From the NCBI GenBank assembly GCA_012747475.1, contig GCA_012747475.1_3928.1: 64,000 nt of DNA; one strand, 5' to 3'. The position numbers and the translations under genes were made by a program. Source of the stretch: a phage. The notes beneath the pieces are model-generated. The model was not told where the DNA came from, searched no databases, and worked only from the letters and a program-made list of their open reading frames with translations. Each line of letters opens with the position of its first letter. Within the stretch, counting starts at the first letter, position 1. Below, in pieces: positions 6,072 through 14,559 of this stretch.

Positions 6072-6147
6072 GCTCCTATCGTATAATTGGCTATTACGGT
6101 TGCCTTGTAAGCAACTTATCAGGGTTCGAATCCTTGTGGGAGCACCA
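6072..6147 (+). tRNA. tRNA-Thr (anticodon TGT)
   Basis: Acceptor GCTCCTA/TGGGAGC, anticodon stem GTTGC/GCAAC with loop CTTGTAA, T-loop TTCGAAT, A + CCA. Confidence 0.7.
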
Positions 6148-6242
6148 ATTCAGAGGTCAAGTGAAAGACCGCTGGTGTCAACTGAAGACCGTAACAAATT
6201 CCACGGAGTTGAGTTAGCGGCACAACTTCAGACCTCTTTCAT

Positions 6243-6317
6243 ACTCGCTTAGTTTATATGGTAAAACATCACCCTTACAAGATGAAGAAAAAGGTTCAAG
6301 TCCTTTAGTGAGTACCA
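6243..6317 (+). tRNA. tRNA-Val (anticodon TAC)
   Basis: Acceptor ACTCGCT/AGTGAGT, D-stem GTTT/AAAC, anticodon loop CTTACAA, perfect T-arm AAAGG-TTCAAGT-CCTTT, A + CCA. Confidence 0.65.
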
Positions 6318-6318
6318 T

Positions 6319-6396
6319 GTTCCAGTATCCCAATTGGCAGAGGATGCAAGCTCAAACCTTGTATTAGTGACGGTTCGAATCCGTCTTGGAACACCA
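6319..6396 (+). tRNA. tRNA-Leu-like (anticodon CAA), short variable arm
   Basis: Acceptor GTTCCAG/TTGGAAC + A + CCA, D-loop CAATTGGCAGAG, anticodon stem GCAAG/CTTGT with loop CTCAAAC, T-arm GACGG-TTCGAAT-CCGTC. Confidence 0.55.
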
Positions 6397-6401
6397 ATTT
6401 T

Positions 6402-6477
6402 GCAGGATTAGTTCAAATGGATAGAGTAACAGTCTACGAAGCTGTTAATAGGGGTTCGAATCCCTTATCCTGCGCCA
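6402..6477 (+). tRNA. tRNA-Arg (anticodon ACG)
   Basis: Acceptor GCAGGAT/ATCCTGC (perfect), anticodon stem ACAGT/GCTGT with loop CTACGAA, T-loop TTCGAAT, G + CCA. Confidence 0.7.
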
Positions 6478-6496
6478 ATTTAAAGAGGCTATTTAG

Positions 6497-7054
6497 ATGA
6501 GATATTTGAAGTATGCTTCATGGATTTTCTTAGCTTTGTTAGAGCCATTTGCAGCAATCTTAGCAGTTATCTTAGCACCTTTCGTAGTTCCATTCTACAG
6601 TGAGAAGAAAGGACATCTGCCTTTCGGGTTCAGATGGATGGAAACTTATGACAACCCAATTGATGGTGATGAAGGTCACGTTAAAAGATGGGCTAATATT
6701 AGATGGATTGGTAAACTAGGTGTCTACATGCAAAGAGTCGGATGGCTCTGGAGAAACAAAGCTTATAACTTCTCTTACCATGTATTAGGGAGAGATGTAA
6801 AAGATGTTACTAAGTGGAAAGGTAATATCAACGTAAGTTCTGACCCTGAAGATAATCAGACAGGTTATCTCCTAATGTGGAACAGTAATGCTTGGGGATT
6901 ATTCGCTTTTATCCCATCAATTAAAATCTTTGGTAAACAATTTTACTGGAGAATTTATATTGGATGGAAACTAAAAAGTGTTGTCCCAGAAGAAAGAGCA
7001 TTCTCAAGGGAAAGAGTTATGTTGGCATTCTTTATTCATCCACTGAGAAAGTAA
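6497..7054 (+). CDS. hypothetical membrane protein
   Basis: ORF track; AAGAGG SD; hydrophobic N-terminal segment (IFLALLEPFAAILAVILAPFVVPF); embedded in tRNA cluster. Confidence 0.6.
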   Translation: MRYLKYASWIFLALLEPFAAILAVILAPFVVPFYSEKKGHLPFGFRWMETYDNPIDGDEGHVKRWANIRWIGKLGVYMQRVGWLWRNKAYNFSYHVLGRDVKDVTKWKGNINVSSDPEDNQTGYLLMWNSNAWGLFAFIPSIKIFGKQFYWRIYIGWKLKSVVPEERAFSRERVMLAFFIHPLRK

Positions 7055-7062
7055 AGATTTAA

Positions 7063-7138
7063 AGGGGATTAGTTTACAAGGTTAAAACCTCGGTCTTTGA
7101 AATCGAAGAAGTTGGTTCAATTCCAACATCCCCCGCCA
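7063..7138 (+). tRNA. tRNA-Gln (anticodon TTG)
   Basis: Acceptor AGGGGAT/ATCCCCC (A1:C72 mismatch), D-stem GTTT/AAAC, anticodon loop CTTTGAA, perfect T-arm GTTGG-TTCAATT-CCAAC, G + CCA. Confidence 0.65.
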
Positions 7139-7140
7139 AT

Positions 7141-7219
7141 GCTCCATTACTCCAATTGGCAGAGAGGCCAGACTTAAAATCTGTGTTATGTATCGGTTCG
7201 AATCCGATATGGAGTACCA
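7141..7219 (+). tRNA. tRNA-Leu-like (anticodon TAA), short variable arm
   Basis: Acceptor GCTCCAT/ATGGAGT + A + CCA, D-loop CAATTGGCAGAG, anticodon loop CTTAAAA, perfect T-arm ATCGG-TTCGAAT-CCGAT. Confidence 0.55.
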
Positions 7220-7224
7220 AATTT

Positions 7225-7300
7225 AGCGGTATAGCATAACTGGCAATGCAGCAGTCTCTGAAGCTGTCCTATTAAGGTTCAAATCCTTATGCCGCTGCCA
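7225..7300 (+). tRNA. tRNA-Gln (anticodon CTG)
   Basis: Acceptor AGCGGTA/TGCCGCT, D-stem GCAT/ATGC, anticodon stem GCAGT/GCTGT with loop CTCTGAA, perfect T-arm TAAGG-TTCAAAT-CCTTA, G + CCA. Confidence 0.55.
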
Positions 7301-7304
7301 CTTC

Positions 7305-7328
7305 TAAGGATTCTTACGAGAGTCCTTA
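7305..7328 (+). other. hairpin with conserved 12-nt loop TTCTTACGAGAG (copy 2)
   Basis: Stem TAAGGA/TCCTTA; loop shares TTCTTACGAG with hairpin at 3808..3831. Confidence 0.45.
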
Positions 7329-7331
7329 AAT

Positions 7332-7407
7332 GTGGCCTTATCATAAATGGTAATGACCCATGCTGTGAACATGGTCTATACGGGTTCAAATCCCGTAGGT
7401 CACCCCA
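7332..7407 (+). tRNA. tRNA-His (anticodon GTG)
   Basis: Acceptor GTGGCCT/AGGTCAC, perfect anticodon stem CCATG/CATGG with loop CTGTGAA, perfect T-arm ACGGG-TTCAAAT-CCCGT, C + CCA. Confidence 0.7.
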
Positions 7408-7412
7408 ATTTA

Positions 7413-7489
7413 TAGTCCAAGTAGCTTATATGGTTAAAGCGCGTGTCTGAAAAACATGAGAAGAGGGTTCAAATCCCACTGGACTACCA
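7413..7489 (+). tRNA. tRNA-Phe (anticodon GAA)
   Basis: Acceptor TAGTCCA/TGGACTA region, anticodon stem CGTGT/ACATG with loop CTGAAAA, T-loop TTCAAAT, CCA at 3' end (exact acceptor register ambiguous). Confidence 0.6.
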
Positions 7490-7505
7490 ATTTCAAAGGT
7501 GCTTA

Positions 7506-8240
7506 ATGAAAGAGATGACAGAACAAGGTAAGGAGATTTTTAATCTCTTAAAAACTGGTAAAGGGTTTTCTAACCCCCTTATTACTGGTGCAGCAGTTCT
7601 CGGTGGAACCGTAGCTGCCTCCACATCACTTGTAAGCTCTATTAGTTCTGTATCAGACCCTACAGTAAAAGATAAGCTTGTTGCTGCTGGACTTACAACA
7701 GTTCTGCTTAACAGCTTTACCACGAGTCTGGCAAGCACTACATCAACTACCAAAACACTGACAGATTACGGTCAAAAGTCCATTGATGAGTTTTCATCAC
7801 GTATGCAGGTAGCAAAAGGTTATTCTAATGTTATGGGTGCAGCAGGTGAACAAGTTGGCTGTACACCATTTAGTGGTATTATGGGTGTTGCTACAGAGTA
7901 TGGTCAAAAAGCTATTGATACGATTAACAGTGCACTAGATAGTGTTAATGGTGTGTTAAGTGACTTACAAGATGCTATTGACAAAGGTCTTGATACTATT
8001 TCTGATTTAGCTGAGCAAGCTGTTAGTAAGATTAATGAAGGTATTTCAAAAATTACAGCTTATGCAGATGAAGTTGTGCAGATGATTGAAGAAGAAGCTG
8101 CTCTTATTGCAGAGTACCTTAAAACGAATATCAATGGGTTCTTAGCAGGCATCTTACCAGACTGGTTTGATGATGCTTGTAAAACTGGTGTAATTGACAC
8201 TATTGCAACACCAGAAATGAAGAACGCATTACAGAAATAA
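7506..8240 (+). CDS. hypothetical protein
   Basis: ORF 7443..8240 trimmed to the internal ATG at 7506 to avoid overlapping tRNA-Phe; AAAGG SD. Confidence 0.5.
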   Translation: MKEMTEQGKEIFNLLKTGKGFSNPLITGAAVLGGTVAASTSLVSSISSVSDPTVKDKLVAAGLTTVLLNSFTTSLASTTSTTKTLTDYGQKSIDEFSSRMQVAKGYSNVMGAAGEQVGCTPFSGIMGVATEYGQKAIDTINSALDSVNGVLSDLQDAIDKGLDTISDLAEQAVSKINEGISKITAYADEVVQMIEEEAALIAEYLKTNINGFLAGILPDWFDDACKTGVIDTIATPEMKNALQK

Positions 8241-8242
8241 AT

Positions 8243-8335
8243 GGAAGATTAACCCTAAAAGGTAAGGGAGCAGTTTGCTAAACTGCCAGTAGCTGAGAAA
8301 TCGGTGTACCAGTTCAAGTCTGGTATCTTCCTCCA
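8243..8335 (+). tRNA. tRNA-Ser (anticodon GCT), long variable arm
   Basis: 93 nt; perfect acceptor GGAAGAT/ATCTTCC, perfect anticodon stem GCAGT/ACTGC with loop TTGCTAA, T-arm ACCAG-TTCAAGT-CTGGT, T + CCA. Confidence 0.65.
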
Positions 8336-8339
8336 ATTT

Positions 8340-8415
8340 GAATCCGTGACAGAAATGGCTATGTGCCTGTCTGCAAAACAGGTTTATAAGGGTTCGAGTC
8401 CCTTCGGATTCTCCA
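8340..8415 (+). tRNA. tRNA-Cys (anticodon GCA)
   Basis: Perfect acceptor GAATCCG/CGGATTC, perfect anticodon stem CCTGT/ACAGG with loop CTGCAAA, perfect T-arm AAGGG-TTCGAGT-CCCTT, T + CCA. Confidence 0.7.
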
Positions 8416-8455
8416 AGTTATTTTACTCTCTCTCAATTAAAATAATAATAATAAT

Positions 8456-8515
8456 GCCCTGCTATAAGTATTCTTCCTTTCGCTACCGAAGAGTATTTTT
8501 AGACAGGGCTTTTTT
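8456..8515 (+). terminator. rho-independent terminator after tRNA cluster
   Basis: GCCCTG...CAGGGC stem followed by TTTTTT. Confidence 0.5.
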
Positions 8516-8580
8516 ACAGAGTTATACTTTATAGGAAGACTTATACAGTATGTCTCTGACGTACATTGTGGTTTCTCCTT

Positions 8581-8605
8581 GACGGTCTCTGTGCCGTCTT
8601 TTTTA
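8581..8605 (+). terminator. rho-independent terminator
   Basis: GACGG-TCTCTGTG-CCGTC followed by TTTTTT. Confidence 0.55.
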
Positions 8606-8640
8606 AGGGGAAACATGGTTAACTATTTGGAGAAAACATA

Positions 8641-8841
8641 ATGAGCGAGACCGTTTATAAAGAACTTTATGAAGCTAATAAAAAGCTAGAATTTATGCAG
8701 AATACTATCATGGCAATTGCAGACAGATTGTCTGTAGCAACAGGTATTGATATTAAAGAAGCATCTATGGATGCACTTCTTGATGCTGTTGATGCAAAGT
8801 TCGAAGTTAAGAAAGAAGAGACTGCTACAGACTCTGAATAA
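8641..8841 (+). CDS. hypothetical small protein (66 aa)
   Basis: ORF track; GGAGA SD; immediately upstream of terminase. Confidence 0.55.
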   Translation: MSETVYKELYEANKKLEFMQNTIMAIADRLSVATGIDIKEASMDALLDAVDAKFEVKKEETATDSE

Positions 8842-8862
8842 TTCTATTTGCGGAGGCGCTTA

Positions 8863-10464
8863 ATGGACTTAAATGCTGTTAAGCAGAAGCGAGTGGAAGA
8901 TGTTAGGAAAGTCCTAGCTGGAGAGTTGGGGCTTTCTGACGAAGTAAAAGAAATTATCAAATCATTCGGTAAAGACCCCTCTAAATTCCTTCCAACTCAA
9001 ATTCTGACTTTATTAAGATACACACCAGACCAAGTTAGACTTATCTTCAAATTGATGACTGATAAGAACTATGTAGCCCCTCAGCCGGGTTCTCAAGAGG
9101 TCTTTTTAAATACTAATGCCGACTTGGTTCTTTATGGTGGTGCTGCTGGTGCTGGTAAAACTGCTGCATTGTTAATGGACTCTTTAAGATTTATTGAAGA
9201 CCCTAACTATAATGCTGTATATTTCCGTCGAAATACAACACAGCTACAAGGTGGTTTATGGCCTGCTGCAAAGAAACTATTTGGTAAGTTTGGTGGGATT
9301 CCTCACGAGCAGAAAATGACTATCACATTCCCTTCTGGGGCAACTATCAAGTTTACCTACCTAGAACTTGAAAAGCACGCTGAAGGTCATCAGGGTATTG
9401 AATACTCAGCTATTTACTTTGACGAAGGTACACACTTCTCTGCTTCACAGATTTCATACCTACAAACCCGTCTACGTTCTGGTGCTGAAGGCGATTCATA
9501 CATGAAGATTTCCATGAACCCAGACAGAGACCACTTTATTTACGATTGGGTAGAGCCATTCTTAGATGAAGAAGGCTATCCAGACCCTGAAAAGTGTGGT
9601 CGTATTCGATGGTATGTAATGAATGATGGTGTGATGGTTTCTGATTGGGAAAGGGATAAGATTCTTGAAATGTTCCCTCTTGAGATTCCTCAAACATACA
9701 CATTCATCTCTGGTACGATTGATGATAACCCAATCCTTGACTTCTTAGAACCTAAGTACCGTGGTAAGTTGGAAAACAACACCCCTGTAAACGTTGCAAG
9801 ACTTCGTTTCGGTAACTGGAAGGCTCGTGCAGAAGGTTCAAACTATTGGCAAAGACAGTGGTGTGAGATTGTTGATTCACTCCCAGAAGATGTATTTGAT
9901 GTTAGAGCATGGGACTTAGCAGCAACTTTACCATCTGAGATTAACCCTAATCCAGACTGGACAGCAGGTGTTAAGATGGGTAAATCTAAAAAAGACGGTT
10001 GCTATTATATCATTGATGTAGTAAGATTTAGAGATAGACCCTCTGGAGTCGAAACACAAATTAATTTGACTGCTGAAAGTGACGGTAAGCGAACTGGTAT
10101 TTTTATCCCTCAAGACCCAGGCGCTGCTGGTAAATCCTACGCGACATCCCTCATCAGGAAACTTGCCGAGAAAGGCTATCGTGCAAGAGCTAAACCAACA
10201 AATAAAGATAAAGTTACCCGCTTTGCGGGATTTTCTGCTGCTTCTGAAGCTGGACTTGTAAAAGTCTTAAGAGGTAGTTGGAATGAAGCTTACTTTCAAG
10301 AGCTTGAAGGCTTTTGTGGTGATGGCAAAACTAAAGATGACCAAGTGGATGCTACCAGTGATGCTTTCAACAGTCTTAACGAAGTTAAATTATTCAAGCC
10401 ACCATCAATGGGTGCTCACACAGACTTAGTGAGAGGAAACCCATATGAGGGGCTTAGACGTTGA
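8863..10464 (+). CDS. terminase large subunit
   Basis: Walker A LYGGAAGAGKTAA and Walker B-like YFDEGTH; ATG at 8863 with GGAGG SD (ORF track start 8848 is TTG). Confidence 0.85.
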   Translation: MDLNAVKQKRVEDVRKVLAGELGLSDEVKEIIKSFGKDPSKFLPTQILTLLRYTPDQVRLIFKLMTDKNYVAPQPGSQEVFLNTNADLVLYGGAAGAGKTAALLMDSLRFIEDPNYNAVYFRRNTTQLQGGLWPAAKKLFGKFGGIPHEQKMTITFPSGATIKFTYLELEKHAEGHQGIEYSAIYFDEGTHFSASQISYLQTRLRSGAEGDSYMKISMNPDRDHFIYDWVEPFLDEEGYPDPEKCGRIRWYVMNDGVMVSDWERDKILEMFPLEIPQTYTFISGTIDDNPILDFLEPKYRGKLENNTPVNVARLRFGNWKARAEGSNYWQRQWCEIVDSLPEDVFDVRAWDLAATLPSEINPNPDWTAGVKMGKSKKDGCYYIIDVVRFRDRPSGVETQINLTAESDGKRTGIFIPQDPGAAGKSYATSLIRKLAEKGYRARAKPTNKDKVTRFAGFSAASEAGLVKVLRGSWNEAYFQELEGFCGDGKTKDDQVDATSDAFNSLNEVKLFKPPSMGAHTDLVRGNPYEGLRR

Positions 10465-10480
10465 TAGCTAGGTGAGAAGA

Positions 10481-11947
10481 ATGGCAGATATTACAGAAAC
10501 ACAAGAAAGCTTACCACCATTTAGAATGGGTGAAGTAGGTTCTTTGGGTCTGAAGGTTAAGAGTGGAAGAATCTATGAAGAACCTCGTCAGGCACTAAGG
10601 TTCCCTGAAAGTATTAAAACTTTCCAATTAATGATGCGTGACCCTGCTGTAGCAGCATCTGTAAATATTATTAAGATGTTTGTCAGAAAAGTCAACTGGA
10701 GATTTGTACCTCCAAAGGGAAAAGAGCAAGACCCTAAAATGCTTGAAAGAGCAGACTTCTTTAATTCTTTAATGGATGACATGGAGCATGATTGGGCAGA
10801 TTTTATTAATTCTGTAATGTCATTCTGCACTTATGGGTTCTGTGTTAACGAGAAAGTTTATAAGAAGCGTCAGGGTAAAAAAGGAAAGTACCAGTCTAAA
10901 TTTGATGATGGTCTAATTGGATGGGCTAAATTACCAATCAGAAACCAATCAACACTTGATAAGTGGTATTTTGACGAAGACTTTAGAAAAGTTACAGGTG
11001 TTAGGCAGAATCTGAGAAATGTTTCACATATTGCTGGAGCAATTAATCTCGGAGAAAGACCACTAACAAGAAAACTTCCACGAGCTAAATTCATGCTGTT
11101 TAAGTATGACGATGAATATGGAAACCCAGAAGGTCGTTCACCATTACTTAATGCTTATGTACCGTGGAAGTATAAAGTTCAGATTGAAGAGTACGAAGCT
11201 GTTGGTGTCTCAAGAGATTTAGTAGGTATGCCAAAGATTGGTTTACCACCAGATTATCTGGATGAAAATGCAGAACCTGAAAAGAAAGCTTTCGTACAAT
11301 ACTGCAAAACTGTTGTTAACGATATGATTGCTAATGACAGAGCAGGTTTAATCTGGCCTAGATATATCGACCCAGATACTAAAGAGGATATTTTTGAGTT
11401 CTCATTAGTTTCTAGACAGGGTGCTAAAGCATACGATACAGGTTCTATTATTGACAGATATTCCAAGCAGATTATGATGGCATTTATGTCAGATGTTCTT
11501 GCTATGGGTCAGTCAAAATACGGTTCATTCTCTCTTGCAGATTCTAAGACAAGCTTACTAGCGATGTCAGTAGATATTCTGTTGAAGCAAATTAAGAACG
11601 TAATTAACCGTGATTTAGTTGCACAGACTTATGCTCTTAATATGTGGGATGACGAAGAACATGTACAAATCACATATGATGATATCGAAACTCCAGACCT
11701 TGAAGCAATTGGTTCTTATATTCAGAAGACTGTTGCAGTAGGTGCTTTGGAAGTTGACAAAGAACTATCTAACAAGCTTAGAGAGCATATTGGTCTTCCT
11801 CCTGCTGATGAGTCTCAGCCAGTATCTGAAAAGCTTTCTCCAAATAGCCAAAGCCGCTCAGGAGATGGTTATAAGACCGCTGGAGAAGGTACTGCAAAGA
11901 CACCTTCAGCGAAAGACCCAAGCACAGCAAATAAGGCAAATAAATAA
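10481..11947 (+). CDS. portal protein (putative)
   Basis: ~490 aa gene immediately after terminase; ATG at 10481 (ORF track 10472 is GTG). Confidence 0.6.
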   Translation: MADITETQESLPPFRMGEVGSLGLKVKSGRIYEEPRQALRFPESIKTFQLMMRDPAVAASVNIIKMFVRKVNWRFVPPKGKEQDPKMLERADFFNSLMDDMEHDWADFINSVMSFCTYGFCVNEKVYKKRQGKKGKYQSKFDDGLIGWAKLPIRNQSTLDKWYFDEDFRKVTGVRQNLRNVSHIAGAINLGERPLTRKLPRAKFMLFKYDDEYGNPEGRSPLLNAYVPWKYKVQIEEYEAVGVSRDLVGMPKIGLPPDYLDENAEPEKKAFVQYCKTVVNDMIANDRAGLIWPRYIDPDTKEDIFEFSLVSRQGAKAYDTGSIIDRYSKQIMMAFMSDVLAMGQSKYGSFSLADSKTSLLAMSVDILLKQIKNVINRDLVAQTYALNMWDDEEHVQITYDDIETPDLEAIGSYIQKTVAVGALEVDKELSNKLREHIGLPPADESQPVSEKLSPNSQSRSGDGYKTAGEGTAKTPSAKDPSTANKANK

Positions 11948-12447
11948 TGGCTGAAGTTATCTCTATTTCAAATGCTACACGAGTGCATTCGTATAGATGT
12001 GTTCTTATTATCACTGACAAATTATCTGTAGAGGCTGGCTCAAGGGTCAGCCTTTCAGGTTATGTAAGTGATGGTGAAACCTCTGACGTTTTCACTATTT
12101 GCAGGTTACTTGATGCTCCAATGAGTGGAAAACCGTTTATTTCAGGAAATTGTAGTGAAATTGTTAAAATTCCATTTGACAGTTCATGCCTTTTGGGTGT
12201 AAAGTTATATAACTGCGAGAATAAACGTATCAATGTTAATAGCATTGAAGCCGCTTTCATTACCCTCGATACTGCATTTCAATCTCCAATGACAGTTAAT
12301 AAAGAAACAAACAGACTTGAATACATTTTTTCACAAAATGATTACAAAGTACTTGTCAAAGGCAAAGTATATGATATGATTGTAAATGTGGTAGATGAAT
12401 CTGGTAACCATTCAACAATCCTTAAACAAAAAGTAAGGTTTAATTAA
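11947..12447 (+). CDS. hypothetical protein
   Basis: ORF track; start overlaps portal stop. Confidence 0.55.
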   Translation: MAEVISISNATRVHSYRCVLIITDKLSVEAGSRVSLSGYVSDGETSDVFTICRLLDAPMSGKPFISGNCSEIVKIPFDSSCLLGVKLYNCENKRINVNSIEAAFITLDTAFQSPMTVNKETNRLEYIFSQNDYKVLVKGKVYDMIVNVVDESGNHSTILKQKVRFN

Positions 12448-12779
12448 TGGGAACATTAACTATTGATGGTAAGAACAAAATCCTCGCCACGCTAACCCCA
12501 ACGACTATTATTTTACACAATGTAGACCCAACGGCAGACCCTACAGCAAATAAGGTTACTCAGCCAGTGGCTATTTATTTTTCTGAACCGGATAATGGCT
12601 TAATTGCCTCAGAAGATACAGTTAATATTACTGTTCCAGCTTCTGCAACGGTCTCACACTATAGCTTGTGGGATGCTAACGATAAATGCGTGGCAACTGG
12701 TGCTCTTAGCAAACCTCAATTCTTTGCTGAAGAAGGTATCTATGTTATCTCTTCAGTCTCTGTAGATTTAAACAAATAG
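12447..12779 (+). CDS. hypothetical protein
   Basis: ORF track; coupled start. Confidence 0.55.
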   Translation: MGTLTIDGKNKILATLTPTTIILHNVDPTADPTANKVTQPVAIYFSEPDNGLIASEDTVNITVPASATVSHYSLWDANDKCVATGALSKPQFFAEEGIYVISSVSVDLNK

Positions 12780-12790
12780 GGTGAGTAAAA

Positions 12791-14137
12791 ATGAGTTCGA
12801 ATATCTTCAGACTTGCTGATAGATTATTCAACCAACCTTTACTAGCCACTGAATCATTAGCTCACTCAGCAGCAACTTATGTGAATAACAGATTGCTGGG
12901 TGATGTCCAAGCAGCAGTAAACTTTGATAAACCCAAAGGTGACGCAAGAAGTCTTTTAAAAGTAAAAGATGACATTGCTATTATCCCTATTATGGGTGGT
13001 TTAACTCATCGTATGACGTTCATTGATGCAATGTGTACAGGTGGATTAAGCTCTTATGAGGGTTTACGTAGAGGCTTTGACGAAGCTTTAGCAGATGAGT
13101 TAATCAAGACTATTGTTCTGCATATTGATTCTGGTGGTGGTGAAGCTTCAGGTTGCTTTGAATTAGCACGTCACATTATGGCTTCAAGAGGCCAAAAGAA
13201 AATTATTGCTTATGTAGATGAGTTCGCTTGTTCCGCTGCATACGCTCTTGCATCTTCTGCTGAAGAAATTATTGCATCACCAGATGCAGATGTTGGTTCT
13301 ATTGGTGTAATCATGGTTCATCAGGAATTAACTAAGGCATTTGAAAAGAATGGCGTAACAATTAACGTCATCAAAGCTGGTGAGTTTAAAGGTATGGGTT
13401 CACCATTCCAAGCACTCTCAGAAGAAAGCAAAGAAAGACTTCAAAAGAGAATTAATGATACCTACGCAACCTTTACAGGTTTTGTAGCCGAATCTCGTAA
13501 TCTCTCTGAAGAAGCTGTAAAGAATACTGAGGCGAATGTTTATTCTGCTCAGGAAGCTCTTGAACTTGGTTTAATTAACTCAATCATGTCTCAAGATGAT
13601 TTCTTAAATTACTTACAAGGTTCTGAAGAGACTCCTGTAAGTTTAAACGTTAACAATTCAGGTGAAGAAATGACTGAACAAGAAAAGCAAGAACTAGAGG
13701 CTTTGCGTCTTCAGGTTGCTCAAATGAAAGCTAAAGAACAGGAAGCTGCTTTGTCAGATTTGACTAATAAGATTTCTGCTTCTGCTGAAGCTTTTGGATT
13801 TGATGCAAAAGAAGCTGCAACGACTATTTTAGGTGCTGGTCTTGATAACCCTCTGAGTGTTCTGTTTATGAATGCTATGGAAGGTGCTAACCAGAAACTT
13901 AATGAAACTATCGCGTCCCATGCTTCTGCAATGGAAGAAAAAGAATCAGAAATTACCAAGCTGAAAGAAACCGCTGGTGCTGTTCTTGAACATTCTAATG
14001 CTATGGAAGAAATGGGTAATAACGGTGAAGCTGATTTGGTTGAAGAAGAAAAAGAACCAGCTAAGAATGCTTCCGAAGACACCGCTGAACAACGCAAACT
14101 GGCTCTCCAGAATGCTCTAAAATCTCTTATCAAATAA
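12791..14137 (+). CDS. prohead protease (S49/ClpP-like) with C-terminal scaffold-like coiled coil
   Basis: S49-type peptidase core (GGGEASG ... FACSAAYALAS ... KAGEFKG) followed by an acidic coiled-coil tail, like lambda gpC/Nu3. Confidence 0.75.
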   Translation: MSSNIFRLADRLFNQPLLATESLAHSAATYVNNRLLGDVQAAVNFDKPKGDARSLLKVKDDIAIIPIMGGLTHRMTFIDAMCTGGLSSYEGLRRGFDEALADELIKTIVLHIDSGGGEASGCFELARHIMASRGQKKIIAYVDEFACSAAYALASSAEEIIASPDADVGSIGVIMVHQELTKAFEKNGVTINVIKAGEFKGMGSPFQALSEESKERLQKRINDTYATFTGFVAESRNLSEEAVKNTEANVYSAQEALELGLINSIMSQDDFLNYLQGSEETPVSLNVNNSGEEMTEQEKQELEALRLQVAQMKAKEQEAALSDLTNKISASAEAFGFDAKEAATTILGAGLDNPLSVLFMNAMEGANQKLNETIASHASAMEEKESEITKLKETAGAVLEHSNAMEEMGNNGEADLVEEEKEPAKNASEDTAEQRKLALQNALKSLIK

Positions 14138-14148
14138 GGAACACAACA

Positions 14149-14526
14149 ATGGCATATCAAGGTTTTACTAAGTTAGGTAACAGAGAACCTCTGAATGATA
14201 TCATTCTTTGGGAACAGATTACCCCAACAGGCCACTCTCGTAAAGAGTACACCCCACAGGCATCTACAGAATATCGTGTAGGTGAAGTTCTGAAAGCAGA
14301 TGGTACTAAGGTACAAGCTGGAGAAGAAGCCCAAGCAGACTCTGTATGTATCGTTAATTTCTACGCAGACCTGCAACTGTCTTATCATGGTCAGTTGAAA
14401 GTAGTAGGTATCCACCGTGATGCAGAACTGAAAGACCTGCTAACTCTTGAATCGAGCGTTGATGCTGCTGAAGTCAAGAAAGCTCTGGCTGCTAAAGGTA
14501 TTGATTTCGTACCAACTGGCCTGTAA
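14149..14526 (+). CDS. head decoration protein-like (gpD-like, putative)
   Basis: 125-aa ORF between protease/scaffold and major capsid gene, the position of a decoration protein in lambda-like head modules. Confidence 0.45.
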   Translation: MAYQGFTKLGNREPLNDIILWEQITPTGHSRKEYTPQASTEYRVGEVLKADGTKVQAGEEAQADSVCIVNFYADLQLSYHGQLKVVGIHRDAELKDLLTLESSVDAAEVKKALAAKGIDFVPTGL

Positions 14527-14559
14527 TAACAATAATAAGACATTCTGGAGAATTTTACA

